This document shows, piece after piece, positions 20,196 through 32,014 of a stretch of DNA of 64,000 bases. Made by a program: the position numbers and the translations under genes. How positions within the stretch are numbered: position 1 is the first letter of the stretch; every line of letters begins with the position of its first letter. The notes beneath the pieces are model-generated. The model saw nothing but the letters and a program-made list of their open reading frames with translations. It searched no databases and was not told the DNA's origin. The stretch comes from Albugo candida (lineage: Eukaryota), in NCBI GenBank assembly GCA_040437565.1, contig JBDOQK010000018.1:1-64000 (forward strand). The letters are read 5' to 3'.

Positions 20196-22609
20196 ATGAG
20201 AAACCATTGCATAATCGGCATTGCAGCGATCGTGCTTGTTACACTATCAAACAATGGAGGCTGTCATGATATAGATGATCAAGTTTTCCGTCAAACAGCA
20301 TCCGATCCAGCTGTTTGGCTGGACGAAGGCGTCATGGCTAAAGGAGAATTTCATGACTGGGAAGAGCAGAAAACATTTTGCTTTCACAATAATGCAACAC
20401 TTCGAATACGACTGGATCCGCTCGACAGGTATCAGAATATTGCCTTCATGTTTATCATGAGTACTGCCCATCCTCTACAATAGCACATTACAGCCATTGC
20501 TGATTCGAAAATTCGGGCAATCCAAGCACGCGAAAACTATCCATGCATTCATTGGAACTTTTCTGCATACAATACAAGTAACGTCCTCTTCGACTGCTTT
20601 TCGTAGTGCGAGCTTTATGCGTTATTTGCAGAAAAAGCTGTGGCCTCTCAAAACACTATTATGGTCTTGGAACCAATTACGGGTTGTCGTACAATCAATA
20701 GAAGTTGAATCGATACATATCTCGTATAAACGGTTTCTCCCATCCCTTTCATGTCTAATGACCACATATTCTGATCGTTTCATATGTCATCAGCAAGCCG
20801 GGCTCAGTCTGTTCTTATCTTTTGCAGCTGCAGCGAATTGTAGGAAGCACTCCTATGTTACCATCAATCATACAGAACGCATTAGACCTGACGATTTACA
20901 CTGCGAGTACGATATGACATACGTTCTGAATTTTGCATTATCGTGCTGAAGGTTGCTAATGATGCAGAAATTGGTCTCTGTGAGAATTGCGTCAATGATT
21001 GCCCGCTTACTGAAGGATATAGATTCAACGATACACAAATACTCATTCTAAGCCCATATCATAGTCCATGTATCACAATCCGGACTTACAAAAAGCCATT
21101 ATTGGCTACTTCACCACCAACAATTTCATATGTATTCAGCTTTTATACAGGCATGTCGTGCATTCGCTATACAGCTATTCAAATGTGTGATTATCCATCT
21201 CTCTGTAGTATTGTCAACTTTGTATATACAGAACTTCATCTGCGGCATTATTTTATACTATGCATCTACAAAATTGGCTCGATCGCGAACATTCCACTAC
21301 ATTCTGGGAGCTAGCATTGGTATATGCTTTTCGGCTGGCCTAGCGCTGTATTTACTATCGAGACAAACACGCTCGTTTACAAAGATGATCCCCGGTATCA
21401 CTCTTCTCCAAAGTGTGAGCTCTATATTTTCAATCGCGCTTCCTTTCACAAGCTTTGTCATTATACCTTCGACATATCGTTTTCTTACATGGATTCTGAG
21501 ATCATTCGTTTACTTGTGGGAAATTGAGTCCCTATTTGGCATTCCTCATTTTGGAAAATTATATTTTGCAGTGTTTGGATTAATTGGATGTGTCTTTGTT
21601 TGGTGGTATCAATGGGGAGCGACTCCGAAAGAAGTAGATGCAGATCCGGAACGCTGTCCTCAAGATCCGGATGAAATCGAAGAGATTGGAAAGTTAGATC
21701 CCGTTTTCCCATTAACATTCTCACAACTCTATTTATCGCGTATACTGAGATTATTGGGCATTGTGTTCTTACTCCAAAGCACTTCCTCAACCGAAGCTTC
21801 ATTACTCGTGATATTATTGGTCTCTATGTCTCGTGTTTTCGAAATTATTGGCTTGATCATGTACTTTTGGTATCATTACGAGGTGAGGTTGGGAATCGTA
21901 ACCGAACTTCCACTCATATTGCGTATGTATAGAAACCCGGCAAACATAGCGTTTTAATTAGCACTAAAGACTTTGAAGAGCAGGCAGTTTCAGAAACGGA
22001 AAAAGCACTGAAAGAATTACANNNNNNNNNNNNNNNNNNNNNNNNNNNNNNNNNNNNNNNNNNNNNNNNNNNNNNNNNNNNNNNNNNNNNNNNNNNNNNN
22101 NNNNNNNNNNNNNNNNNNNNNCCCGTTTTCCCATTAACATTCTCACAACTCTATTTATCGCGTATACTGAGATTATTGGGCATTGTGTTCTTACTCCAAA
22201 GCACTTCCTCAACCGAAGCTTCATTACTCGTGATATTATTGGTCTCTATGTCTCGTGTTTTCGAAATTATTGGCTTGATCATGTACTTTTGGTATCATTA
22301 CGAGGTGAGGTTGGGAATCGTAACCGAACTTCCACTCATATTGCGTATGTATAGAAACCCGGCAAACATAGCGTTTTAATTAGCACTAAAGACTTTGAAG
22401 AGCAGGCAGTTTCAGAAACGGAAAAAGCACTGAAAGAATTACAGAATTATATAAGAACCCACCCAGACGCGCTGGATACAGTCAAGGAAGAGAATGAGAT
22501 TCGATTACGTAGATTTGCAAAAGGCCGAAACCACTTAGATGTAGCGATGCGGCGTCCGACGAGGGGCAAAGAGACGCGATCAAATAAAAGGAGTTGTGTA
22601 ATGCAATAG
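20196..22609 (+). CDS. Nuclear envelope integral membrane protein NEMP/TMEM194-like (multi-exon; part duplicated across gap)
   Basis: Signal peptide; GIILYYASTKLARSRTFHYILGASIGI; several TMs; DFEEQAVSETEKALKELQNY...RLRRFAKGRNHL; ends SCVMQ*. Confidence 0.8.
21700..22443. repeat. Gap-flank direct duplication 21700-22021 / 22122-22443
   Basis: 322 nt repeated around gap inside the NEMP-like gene. Confidence 0.9.
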
Positions 22610-23491
22610 ATCTACTTGCTATGTATATGTACCAGAGTGTGGGACGAAATCGCGTTGCATGGAATACGCTTTAATCCTCAGTCTATGACACGATCCATAG
22701 CATTCTTCGCGATTATCTCTTAATTACACTTCTATGACCACAAGTTGATCAGCAACTGGCATCTCGATGTAAGCAGACTCCACTTCCTCGATCTCGGTAT
22801 TGTAATTGTATCAAGGTGAACGAAATAGTTATACGTCGGGCAAACGATACATGATTTTGTATTGTACGTGCTGCTTTCGATTATCGCTCTTTCTGGCTCC
22901 GATATTTAGTGCGAATGACCTGAGCCGATGTGCCGCAAAATTAGCTTACGTTCCAGAAAACTGACTTTTAAGAATTCACTTGCTTGGTTACAATCATCCC
23001 TATCAAGTACCATACATATCCCAGGATTAAACGGACTTCCGGAATGACGGTGAATGGTGCGATGGATTGGAAATAGACTCTGCCGTTATCGATGAAGTGG
23101 TTACTCGTGAAGAAAAATACACAAGCGAGAGTAGGGTTGTACCGTACATTAGGGATTGCTTCTGCACAAAAATTTAGGAGTAGGGCGATACGTGCTTGTA
23201 ATTTAGACTTTCTCCTATCTTCTAACCCGAACCAATCATTTTCTATGGTCATGTACACAACACTAAATATAACCTTGGATCAAATTACTCAAACTTCAAT
23301 TTACTGCTTCAACTCACACATCCACCCCAATAGAGAGCTCTTTTTCACCAACACACAAAACGTATACTTTGAGGAAAGCAGCAAGGAAGCCAAGACGAAA
23401 TTAGCAAGTGTCTCGTCTGCTGAATCCTTATCGAGAATTTTCAGAACCGTATAAAGCAACTCTTATAAACCTTAACAAGTTCTTTTCCAAA

Positions 23492-24349
23492 ATGTTGGAG
23501 TCTGACTCTAGAGTTAATTCGGAACAACTTTTAAGCGGTGGAACAAGACGCTCATTATTACCAAGGAACACAAATCCAACTTCAACATCTACATCAAAAG
23601 CTGAATCAAATGTTTTGAGGGAGAAGGAATTTTTGAAACGGAAACGTAATTTTCGAGAAAAATCGCGGTCAACAAAGTCAAAATGCACGCCGGGTCTTCG
23701 TAGCGGTAAATGGACCAATGAAGAAGAAGCGTATACTGTCCGCATCATTCATTACTTCAAGCTTGGTCTATTAGATATACAAGAAGGCACCTCCTTGCGC
23801 TGGTACTTGGCGAAGAAATTGAATTGCGAAGCGATGCGAGTAACGAAGAAACTGAAAGGGAATAGCTCTATCGGTAAGCAAATCTATCGTGGATCAGCTG
23901 TCACGAAAGAAAAAAAAATTGAAATGCAACGCGCTTCGGAGGAATTGGCAAATTTGAAGAAACTATTCCTAACTTCTTTGGTCATCAATTCGAAACGAAA
24001 CAGTCCAAATGATGGAAAAGGCGGTGACCTTTCTGGAGAATACCATTACGATGAATCTATTGATGACTTAATGTACGAAGAAGGTTCGCCGGAATATAGT
24101 CATGGGATCTCACCAAAAAAGTCGGCAATGGTCTCGCAAAATTCTGCTTCGGAAGTCGCAAAAAAAGCACTTTCTGAAACTGAGAATATTCAGGCTGATG
24201 CAGGTCTACTGTTGTATTTTTGTATCAAAGCAAGACACAGTTTGGTAATTTCTACAGGAATGACTAGAAAGCGTCTTTTTGCTGATTGCACGAGTGGAAA
24301 AAAAGCTTCAAGGGATGAAATTGGAGAGCGGAGTTTCCAGGTTAAGTAG
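23492..24349 (+). CDS. Stramenopile Myb/SANT-like putative transcription factor (LRxGKWTxEEExY family)
   Basis: LRSGKWTNEEEAYTVRIIHYFKLGLLDIQEGTSLRWYLAKKLNCEAMRVTKK; basic NLS KRKR; the second copy 24547-25352 is a gap-flank duplicate. Confidence 0.8.
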   Translation: MLESDSRVNSEQLLSGGTRRSLLPRNTNPTSTSTSKAESNVLREKEFLKRKRNFREKSRSTKSKCTPGLRSGKWTNEEEAYTVRIIHYFKLGLLDIQEGTSLRWYLAKKLNCEAMRVTKKLKGNSSIGKQIYRGSAVTKEKKIEMQRASEELANLKKLFLTSLVINSKRNSPNDGKGGDLSGEYHYDESIDDLMYEEGSPEYSHGISPKKSAMVSQNSASEVAKKALSETENIQADAGLLLYFCIKARHSLVISTGMTRKRLFADCTSGKKASRDEIGERSFQVK

Positions 24350-25449
24350 CGCACATCGATGGTACTTCTGTCTCGTAAAAACCACCAAATAGACCATTGT
24401 TGATCAGTGTTGCATGCGTGTACTATTCGAATCAATTCCATACTCGNNNNNNNNNNNNNNNNNNNNNNNNNNNNNNNNNNNNNNNNNNNNNNNNNNNNNN
24501 NNNNNNNNNNNNNNNNNNNNNNNNNNNNNNNNNNNNNNNNNNNNNNCAAGACGCTCATTATTACCAAGGAACACAAATCCAACTTCAACATCTACATCAA
24601 AAGCTGAATCAACTGTTTTGAGGGAGAAGGAATTTTTGAAACGGAAACGTAATTTTCGAGAAAAATCGCGGTCAACAAAGTCAAAATGCACGCCGGGTCT
24701 TCGTAGCGGTAAATGGACCAATGAAGAAGAAGCGTATACTGTCCGCATCATTCATTACTTCAAGCTTGGTCTATTAGATATACAAGAAGGCACCTCCTTG
24801 CGCTGGTACTTGGCGAAGAAATTGAATTGCGAAGCGATGCGAGTAACGAAGAAACTGAAAGGGAATAGCTCTATCGGTAAGCAAATCTATCGTGGATCAG
24901 CTGTCACGAAAGAAAAAAAAATTGAAATGCAACGCGCTTCGGAGGAATTGGCAAATTTGAAGAAACTATTCCTAACTTCTTTGGTCATCAATTCGAAACG
25001 AAACAGTCCAAATGATGGAAAAGGCGGTGACCTTTCTGGAGAATACCATTACGATGAATCTATTGATGACTTAATGTACGAAGAAGGTTCGCCGGAATAT
25101 AGTCATGGGATCTCACCAAAAAAGTCGGCAATGGTCTCGCAAAATTCTGCTTCGGAAGTCGCAAAAAAAGCACTTTCTGAAACTGAGAATATTCAGGCTG
25201 ATGCAGGTCTACTGTTGTATTTTTGTATCAAAGCAAGACACAGTTTGGTAATTTCTACAGGAATGACTAGAAAGCGTCTTTTTGCTGATTGCACGAGTGG
25301 AAAAAAAGCTTCAAGGGATGAAATTGGAGAGCGGAGTTTCCAGGTTAAGTAGCGCACATCGATGGTACTTCTGTCTCGTAAAAACCACCAAATAGACCAT
25401 TGTTGATCAGTGTTGCATGCGTGTACTATTCGAATCAATTCCATACTCG
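23544..25449. repeat. Gap-flank direct duplication 23544-24446 / 24547-25449
   Basis: 903 nt repeated; one SNP noticed (A23610 vs C24613). Confidence 0.9.
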
Positions 25450-26247
25450 TTTGTTTCGAGTGGGTTTGATCCGCGCCTTTTGCTTCCTTGCATACTTTAA
25501 CCATGCAACAATATCTGGGTGCTCCATAATTTTTTCCAAAGTATTGTACTCTGTCGCAAGTGTTTTCTCATCTTCAACCGAGTGGATTTTAGTATGACAA
25601 GGCCGACATATCACAATGCACATATTAAGTAAAGTTTTGTCATAACCTTTCTTCAAGAACTTTGCGTGCATGACTCGAGGGATCAGATGATGCTTGCTAA
25701 GATTCATCGGACGATCGCACATTGCACATAGACGATCGTTTGTCCAACCACCTGATTCGGCAATATCATGCTCCAGCACAACTTTATCCGTATCCACCCA
25801 TTGTTTCTTTCCATATTCATCAAATGTCACCCTGATGCGCAGCTGATCCTTCCCCATCAACTCATCGTGCCCTACTATGATTGCTTGATGCCATTCCTGG
25901 TCTTCTTCTAATACTGCTTGACATTTGGCGTTCAATGGAAACTTTGCTTGTATTTTCTCTAGCGGGTTCTTCTCCTTCACGATAAGAGGTTGATCCAGAT
26001 ATTTTTCGATTTCCATGACTGCCCCAGATACATCTTGTATCCAATCGATATCTTCTATAAGGTTCGTTAGTTGGGCTCGAAGGGCTTCACGATCCGATTG
26101 GAAAGTACGGTCATCACGATGGTGCAGCCAATCATCAAGAAAGTCAACGAGAAGCACTGCCACATATTCGACTTTGTCTTCTATGATATGGCCTTCTATA
26201 AAAGGGGCAATAATCTCGCGAATGCGACCATCGTTGCGACCTTCCAT
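25435..26247 (-). CDS. Tudor-domain plus HNH (YisB-like, Zn-binding) nuclease-domain protein
   Basis: Tudor CQAVLEEDQEWHQAII...VTFDEYGKKQWV; HNH CAMC..HHLIP...CRPCHTKIH...YNTLEKIMEHPDIVAWLKY. Confidence 0.8.
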   Translation of the reverse strand: MEGRNDGRIREIIAPFIEGHIIEDKVEYVAVLLVDFLDDWLHHRDDRTFQSDREALRAQLTNLIEDIDWIQDVSGAVMEIEKYLDQPLIVKEKNPLEKIQAKFPLNAKCQAVLEEDQEWHQAIIVGHDELMGKDQLRIRVTFDEYGKKQWVDTDKVVLEHDIAESGGWTNDRLCAMCDRPMNLSKHHLIPRVMHAKFLKKGYDKTLLNMCIVICRPCHTKIHSVEDEKTLATEYNTLEKIMEHPDIVAWLKYARKQKARIKPTRNKRVWN

Positions 26248-26329
26248 GTAGTCTGTGTAACTGTTATGTCATTGGAAGTGCAGTACAGTGAGAAAACACA
26301 TACTGTGATATAAGATGTAAGCTGTGGTG

Positions 26330-28355
26330 TTAGTTAACGTCGTGATCTTCTGATTGAATTGAGACTATTTCTTGACTTATCAGAAATGGTTCAAGCCGTT
26401 TTTTCAGCTCATAGATTTCGGCTTGTGCGCTTTTGAGCTCCACTTCCGAGAGTTTTACTTTTTGGGAAATCTCACCGAACTTTAACTGATCGTCTGCAAG
26501 TAATTTCGTTTTAATTCCCAGTTGTATTTCCATGTTCTGGAGACTCTCTGCCGCGGTCAGAGCGAGTTGTTGCTGAGATTGTGCAAATTGCTGCATCGTA
26601 TGTCGCGCCCCCATTGCGATTTGTATCAGTTTGTCTTTTCGTTCATTGTCCTAAAGGATAACGAGCGTCAGCTGCTGTATGCTAACGAATATGAACGCGG
26701 ACATGTTTCAGGGCTGAAAACTTTCGAATTTCGACTGTCAGCAGCTTCGCTAAAGAATCGCGCTCCTTCGTGTGACAATATGTATAAGTCTACAGTTTGA
26801 TGAGAACCATGATGATCCACCTGCATTACTCTCTTCAAATAGTGTTCTTGAGCAGTGTTGGCTTCGTTCAAAGCCTATTAGATGTAAAGATGATGAGCAA
26901 GATTGCGTATAGGGAAATGTATAGTGACGCACCTTGTATAAATTTGTGACTAATTCGACATTTAATTCGAGCGCTTCCACCGCTTTCGACGATGCAACAG
27001 CCATATTCTCCAACTATCATTGACAAGTAACATCATTCACATGGCTAAGCAGAATTCAATACAAAGTACTCTCTCTATATTGGTGTGATAAATGCGTTGC
27101 TCCCAGTTTCGTGACTCTTGTTCTTGTATACTCTTTGCTCGATGATACGCTACCTGATCCTCCAGATATAACATGGTTGCTGTTTCAGGTACGACGGATT
27201 CAGCAAAGTTATTTTTCTGTATGTTTGAATGCAATGGGCTGTCCACGAGAGCATTTCCTTCAGTACGAGGAGCGGAATGAACATGCGGCGTGAATGGCAC
27301 ACTCATCGCGGCACCAGCCGTTGTGAATTGGTGCTCTAGACTTTGCTTTGATTCGCCAGTCTTATTGGAACGATGTCGGGCTTTTTGGTACAAAGTTTGT
27401 AATTTTTCCATGAGAATGACGAATGCTTGTACATCATTTGAAGCCAGCAAGTCATCTTGCGGTTCGTCTATATACCGCAATGCCATCAGAGGCGATCGCA
27501 CATGACATTGTATCTTTTCCCCGTCGCTGTGTTTTGTTCGGTCACTTGGATCGTTATTGAAGCTTAGATAATCAAAATATTGGAATCAGAGAATGACTCC
27601 GTGAAACCTGAAGCTGCGTACCCAAATTCGCTATTGAGCCATTCGCAGATCTTGAGATTGTCTTGTGTTACATGTAGCATCAGTTCGCTTTTGAGATATA
27701 GAAGGTCTCGAAAAATTCGTTGCTGTACAGTGACACGTTGCTGCTTCTCTTTTTCTTCTCTCTTAATGCGCTGCAAGAGACCTGATATCTTTTGCTACAT
27801 CAACAAAGAATGAGTCTTGCAGCCGTCTTCACCATCAAAAATTCGTACAGCTTCCTTTTCAACTTGTTCCATTACAAGAATTCTGCGTTCAACATCGCTA
27901 TCGGTATTTTCGTCATACTGCGAGTCCCGTTCCTCCTGCACACATCTCTGATGCAGCGTGAGGCGGTACTCATACAGCAGCAACAAATCGGATCGGAGCA
28001 TGCGAATAAAAGCCAGCTCATCGATCTTATCGCTTTTCTGCGACAAAGAAGGATCAACTTGGGAAAATAGCCCGTCCGTAGACTGTATCATTTCCGATTC
28101 ATTATTGAGAATTTTTAGTGTGTCGGTCGATCGAAGTTCACGACTAATGTCCAACTGTCTATGAATGGATTTCACAAGTGTTTTGCTATCTTCCCGCCAT
28201 TCAATGACTTGCATTGCGAGTTGTGATATTCGTGTGTGGCTAAAATGTGCCACAATGCTGTCAAAATCATTCGAATCTCCTTCGGCTAGAGCGACTTTTA
28301 TCCCATCACTCAATGCGTCCAAGCGAAGTTGTAGCGCTGCTGTCTTGGCAGGCAT
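26330..28355 (-). CDS. Multi-exon coiled-coil hypothetical protein
   Basis: Chain of same-strand E/Q/L-rich ORFs (27795-28355, 27564-27776, 27037-27501, 26668-27013, 26330-26614) separated by intron-sized gaps; exon borders not fully resolved. Confidence 0.55.
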
Positions 28356-28598
28356 TAGAAACCTTTAAATAGCTCTTCATCTTTTTTTTATTTCAGTGGA
28401 TCAAGTTTTATCGCGTTCATAACGCCTTTACGCCTAACTTTATTTCTAACGAAATTGCGTACGGAATCGGGTGCCCAAAGTCGTAATGTGGCCGAAAAAC
28501 GCGAGAAATTCGAAACTATAAAAGTGAAAAGGCAACAATCACGCGTACATCACCTTACAACTGAATTTGTTGTCTCTTTGGCGCGGCCATTTGCTTTT

Positions 28599-31500
28599 TC
28601 ACAAAAAAGAGGAAGAGCTAAAACTCTTGAGATCTTCCTTCAGCACGCTATGGTTGGTATGATGAGTCTCCAGAGATTCTGCGAGAAGAGTTTCTCGTCC
28701 AGAATTCAGTGCTTTTGAGCGAGCGAGCTCTGCTTCACGGACTCGTTCTTCTTCTGCAACTCGGAGTGCGGTCTCTTGTTGCTTCTTTAGTCTTTCAACT
28801 TCCTCTCTTTCTCGCTGTTTTTCTTTCTCGCGTTGCTCCATTCGTCGACGGCGTTGCGCTTCGATCTCATCGCTTCGATCTCTTTCCTCCTGCTTCATTT
28901 GCTGTTGCTTCATTTGCTCCATCGAGCGAGCAGATAGCCATAGCGAGCTTGATTGATTAACCTCCGAATGTATCGACACGGATCCGTTCATTGTCTCTTT
29001 CTTGGCTAGCATGCTCCAAGCTCCTTTGTTTTCGACTTTAAGTGGCTCACTTGGAACGACATCGCGGATTTTCTTAGCAGCGTCTACGAGCGGATGAAAT
29101 CATAAGCTTGCGTTTACAACATAGAGTTGATTCCAAAGACTAACCGGCATGCTGAGTCAGTGAGTAAGCACCCATCAAAGCTGGAGACTGCATGGAACGA
29201 TATGTTCGCACAATCGTTACTACGTCATTCATCCTTCTAGATTCAATGAGAGTCACCCACCATTGTTTTCGGTGCATCAGATTGAGAGTCGCTATCGCTG
29301 TCATTCTCTGACTCGGAAGAATCTGATGAGCTTGAAGAACTATCGTCAGACGAACTAACTCCAGTCTGACTCGGTTTTGGCAGTGGTTGGGTACTGCTTG
29401 CAAGCGCACCAATGGCCATCTCTGCATTCTTACGTGCTCCTTCCATCTGCGCCAATTCATTTCGAAGCTCTTCTTGTCGATTTCGGATGTTGAGTGCAGC
29501 CAATTTGGCAGATTGTAGCCGATTCTCCGGAGGGACCACTTTTGACTTTTTTGTCGGGCGCTTCCGCTTCCGAGTGACATCACTTTCCTGATTCCAAAGA
29601 TGAGAAATTGTCAGACTAATGAGCCGAATGAATGCAAGTTCACGCACCCTAACGTAGCCTTCTAACATGCGAAGACATCTCGTGTCAAACGATTCAAAAT
29701 CTAACTCTATCTCATCATTCTCATTCATTAAATTCGCAACAGGAACTGCCTCTGAAATGATTTGCAACACTCGACTAATTTTATTTTGTGGCAGCAGTTT
29801 GATATCCGCGCTAAGTTTGGAGATCTCCCATTTTGACATTGGTCTATTCAGCTCTTCTTCGGTCAGATCCTCCATTTTGAATGGTCTACAAAACGATTTG
29901 TGATCCTCAACGTGATTTGGTGATAAAAGTGTGTTGTACCTCGAGCTAGTTTTGGACTGCTTTGGAGTTCCATTACGACAAGTTCCGGGCTGTAATTGCT
30001 CCAAAGTAGCTTTTAATCTTTCAATGTCCTCTCGAAGCGAGTTGATAAGTCCTTGGTCATCACATGACATTCGTCGTTTCGAATTGCCTTTAGCTCCTTG
30101 ACCACCACGTAATTTCTTGGACGAATGCTTCATTTTCGATCTGTCATCCAACTTGGGTCTAAAGCCATTATCTGACGTTGGAAACGTGTATTTGATATTT
30201 GCATTTCTGATTCGCTTTTCAAAATCGTCCATCAGTTTTTGAGCAAATATATGAACCTGACTATGTGCTGCATTGTATAACATTGCGTTACTAAACACAA
30301 GTCGGACATGTTCGATCAAAATGGATGCATCCGAATAGAAACCACTTTCCAAATTATGTCTAATTGTTCCCAAGTCCATCGGTTCCTTGATGACCTTGAA
30401 ATAATCTGGAATGCCTAGTGCAACGGGATCTACTGGTGCCAAGAAAGGTCCCGCTTTGGAGTTTGCCATCAGCCGTTTAATGATACTATGACATTTTTTC
30501 AGCATTGCGGGTGCATTATCATATTCCAAAGAGTTCTCTTCTCTCAAATACGCTGGCACAACACGTTTGCGAGACGATCGATTTCTGATGGATGGGGATC
30601 CAATACTTGATCCCGGAGTGCTAGTGCCGAGACTGTCATTTTGAGAACTTGTTGTCATTGCGTGTATCTGTAGCCGGGAATTCCTTCTTGAAGCAATACT
30701 TCCAGATGTAGGCGGGCCAGAGCCTGAGGGAGTACTTGAGGTAATCACACTCAGATTCGGTCGGTTTTGTAACTTAACGAAATTCGACTGCGCTGATGCT
30801 CTTGGCGTTCTTCCGCGTCTACCGAGTGTTTTCTTCTCCTTTTCTTTTGGTTTGTATACCTTATACACTTGCAGCTGACTCGTGGTTTTATACATAAGAC
30901 CGTGCAGAGTGAAAGAACCAAACCGGTTTTCTCCTGATCCCGTCACCAAATATCGCTCGGGGGAACTTAAATCGTGAACAAATCGTATTTCGACGTTCTT
31001 TTCCACAACAGTTTGAGGTTTAGTCTTATTCGCCTGAATCTGAAAAGATCCTCCGTACTTCCCGTCATAAGGCATCGACGAGCGCAGCGTAGCTTCATGC
31101 TCATAGCCGAAAAAAACAGGAGCAATCATGTCAGCACATGGATTGTGACAGCTATTAGAACGACCGATTGTGATATTCTGGAAAGAAGGATGTATTTCCT
31201 CAGAGTTTCCGTGCAGAAATCGACATTCGACGTTTTCTTCTGAGCTCATTTCAAATGGACTCGTCAGCCCGTCCTCGAGAAAAGCTGCCTCGTTCATACC
31301 CCAACGTCCACTCCAAACGGCTTTTTCGTCTCTGAGGTAGTACTTTCCAACCAAAAGAGGCGCAACTTGAGCCACTTCTGTAGAAAGCGTATCTTTCAAA
31401 TCCGTTTGAAGTTTATCCATNNNNNNNNNNNNNNNNNNNNNNNNNNNNNNNNNNNNNNNNNNNNNNNNNNNNNNNNNNNNNNNNNNNNNNNNNNNNNNNN

Positions 31501-32014
31501 NNNNNNNNNNNNNNNNNNNNAGAAATCGACATTCGACGTTTTCTTCTGAGCTCATTTCAAATGGACTCGTCAGCCCGTCCTCGAGAAAAGCTGCCTCGTT
31601 CATACCCCAACGTCCACTCCAAACGGCTTTTTCGTCTCTGAGGTAGTACTTTCCAACCAAAAGAGGCGCAACTTGAGCCACTTCTGTAGAAAGCGTATCT
31701 TTCAAATCCGTTTGAAGTTTATCCATCATTTCACGACTGATAGTAACATCCTCTATAGACTCTTTTGTCGCTACGCTTTCGTCGCTAACTGATATCTCGA
31801 CCTCATTTCCATTTTGGTCGTTAATGTCGGACGGTACCTGCTCCTCACAAACATTCTTTGGTCCATTTGATGTACCGGGAGGATCCGACTCATTACTTTC
31901 AGAGTCGGGATGTTCTTCATTTGAGGACTCTTTGGTGATTTTTGCGTTAGTTTTATCCGTGTTAGTAAACTTTTGAGTCTCGTTCGAATTGTTGTCGACT
32001 TGCTCAACCATCAT
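28599..32014 (-). CDS. BET/GTE-type bromodomain + ET domain protein
   Basis: Bromodomain AGPFLAPVDPVALGIPDYFKVIKEPMDLGTI...LVFSNAMLYN; ET PMSKWEISKLSADIKLLP...EIELDFESFD; Ser-rich tract; two introns near 29085-29260 join to KVENKGAWSML and the charged tail ORF 28599-29012; first ATG 32014. Confidence 0.9.
31215..31726. repeat. Gap-flank direct duplication 31215-31420 / 31521-31726
   Basis: 206 nt repeated inside the BET gene. Confidence 0.9.

Noticed and set aside
24547-25352. Apparent tandem paralog of the Myb-like gene
   Set aside because: Starts exactly at a gap edge, lacks its own 5' end and is near-identical; same pattern as the other gap-flank duplications
28599-29012. Standalone charged coiled-coil ORF
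   Set aside because: Splices in frame onto the BET gene as its last exon
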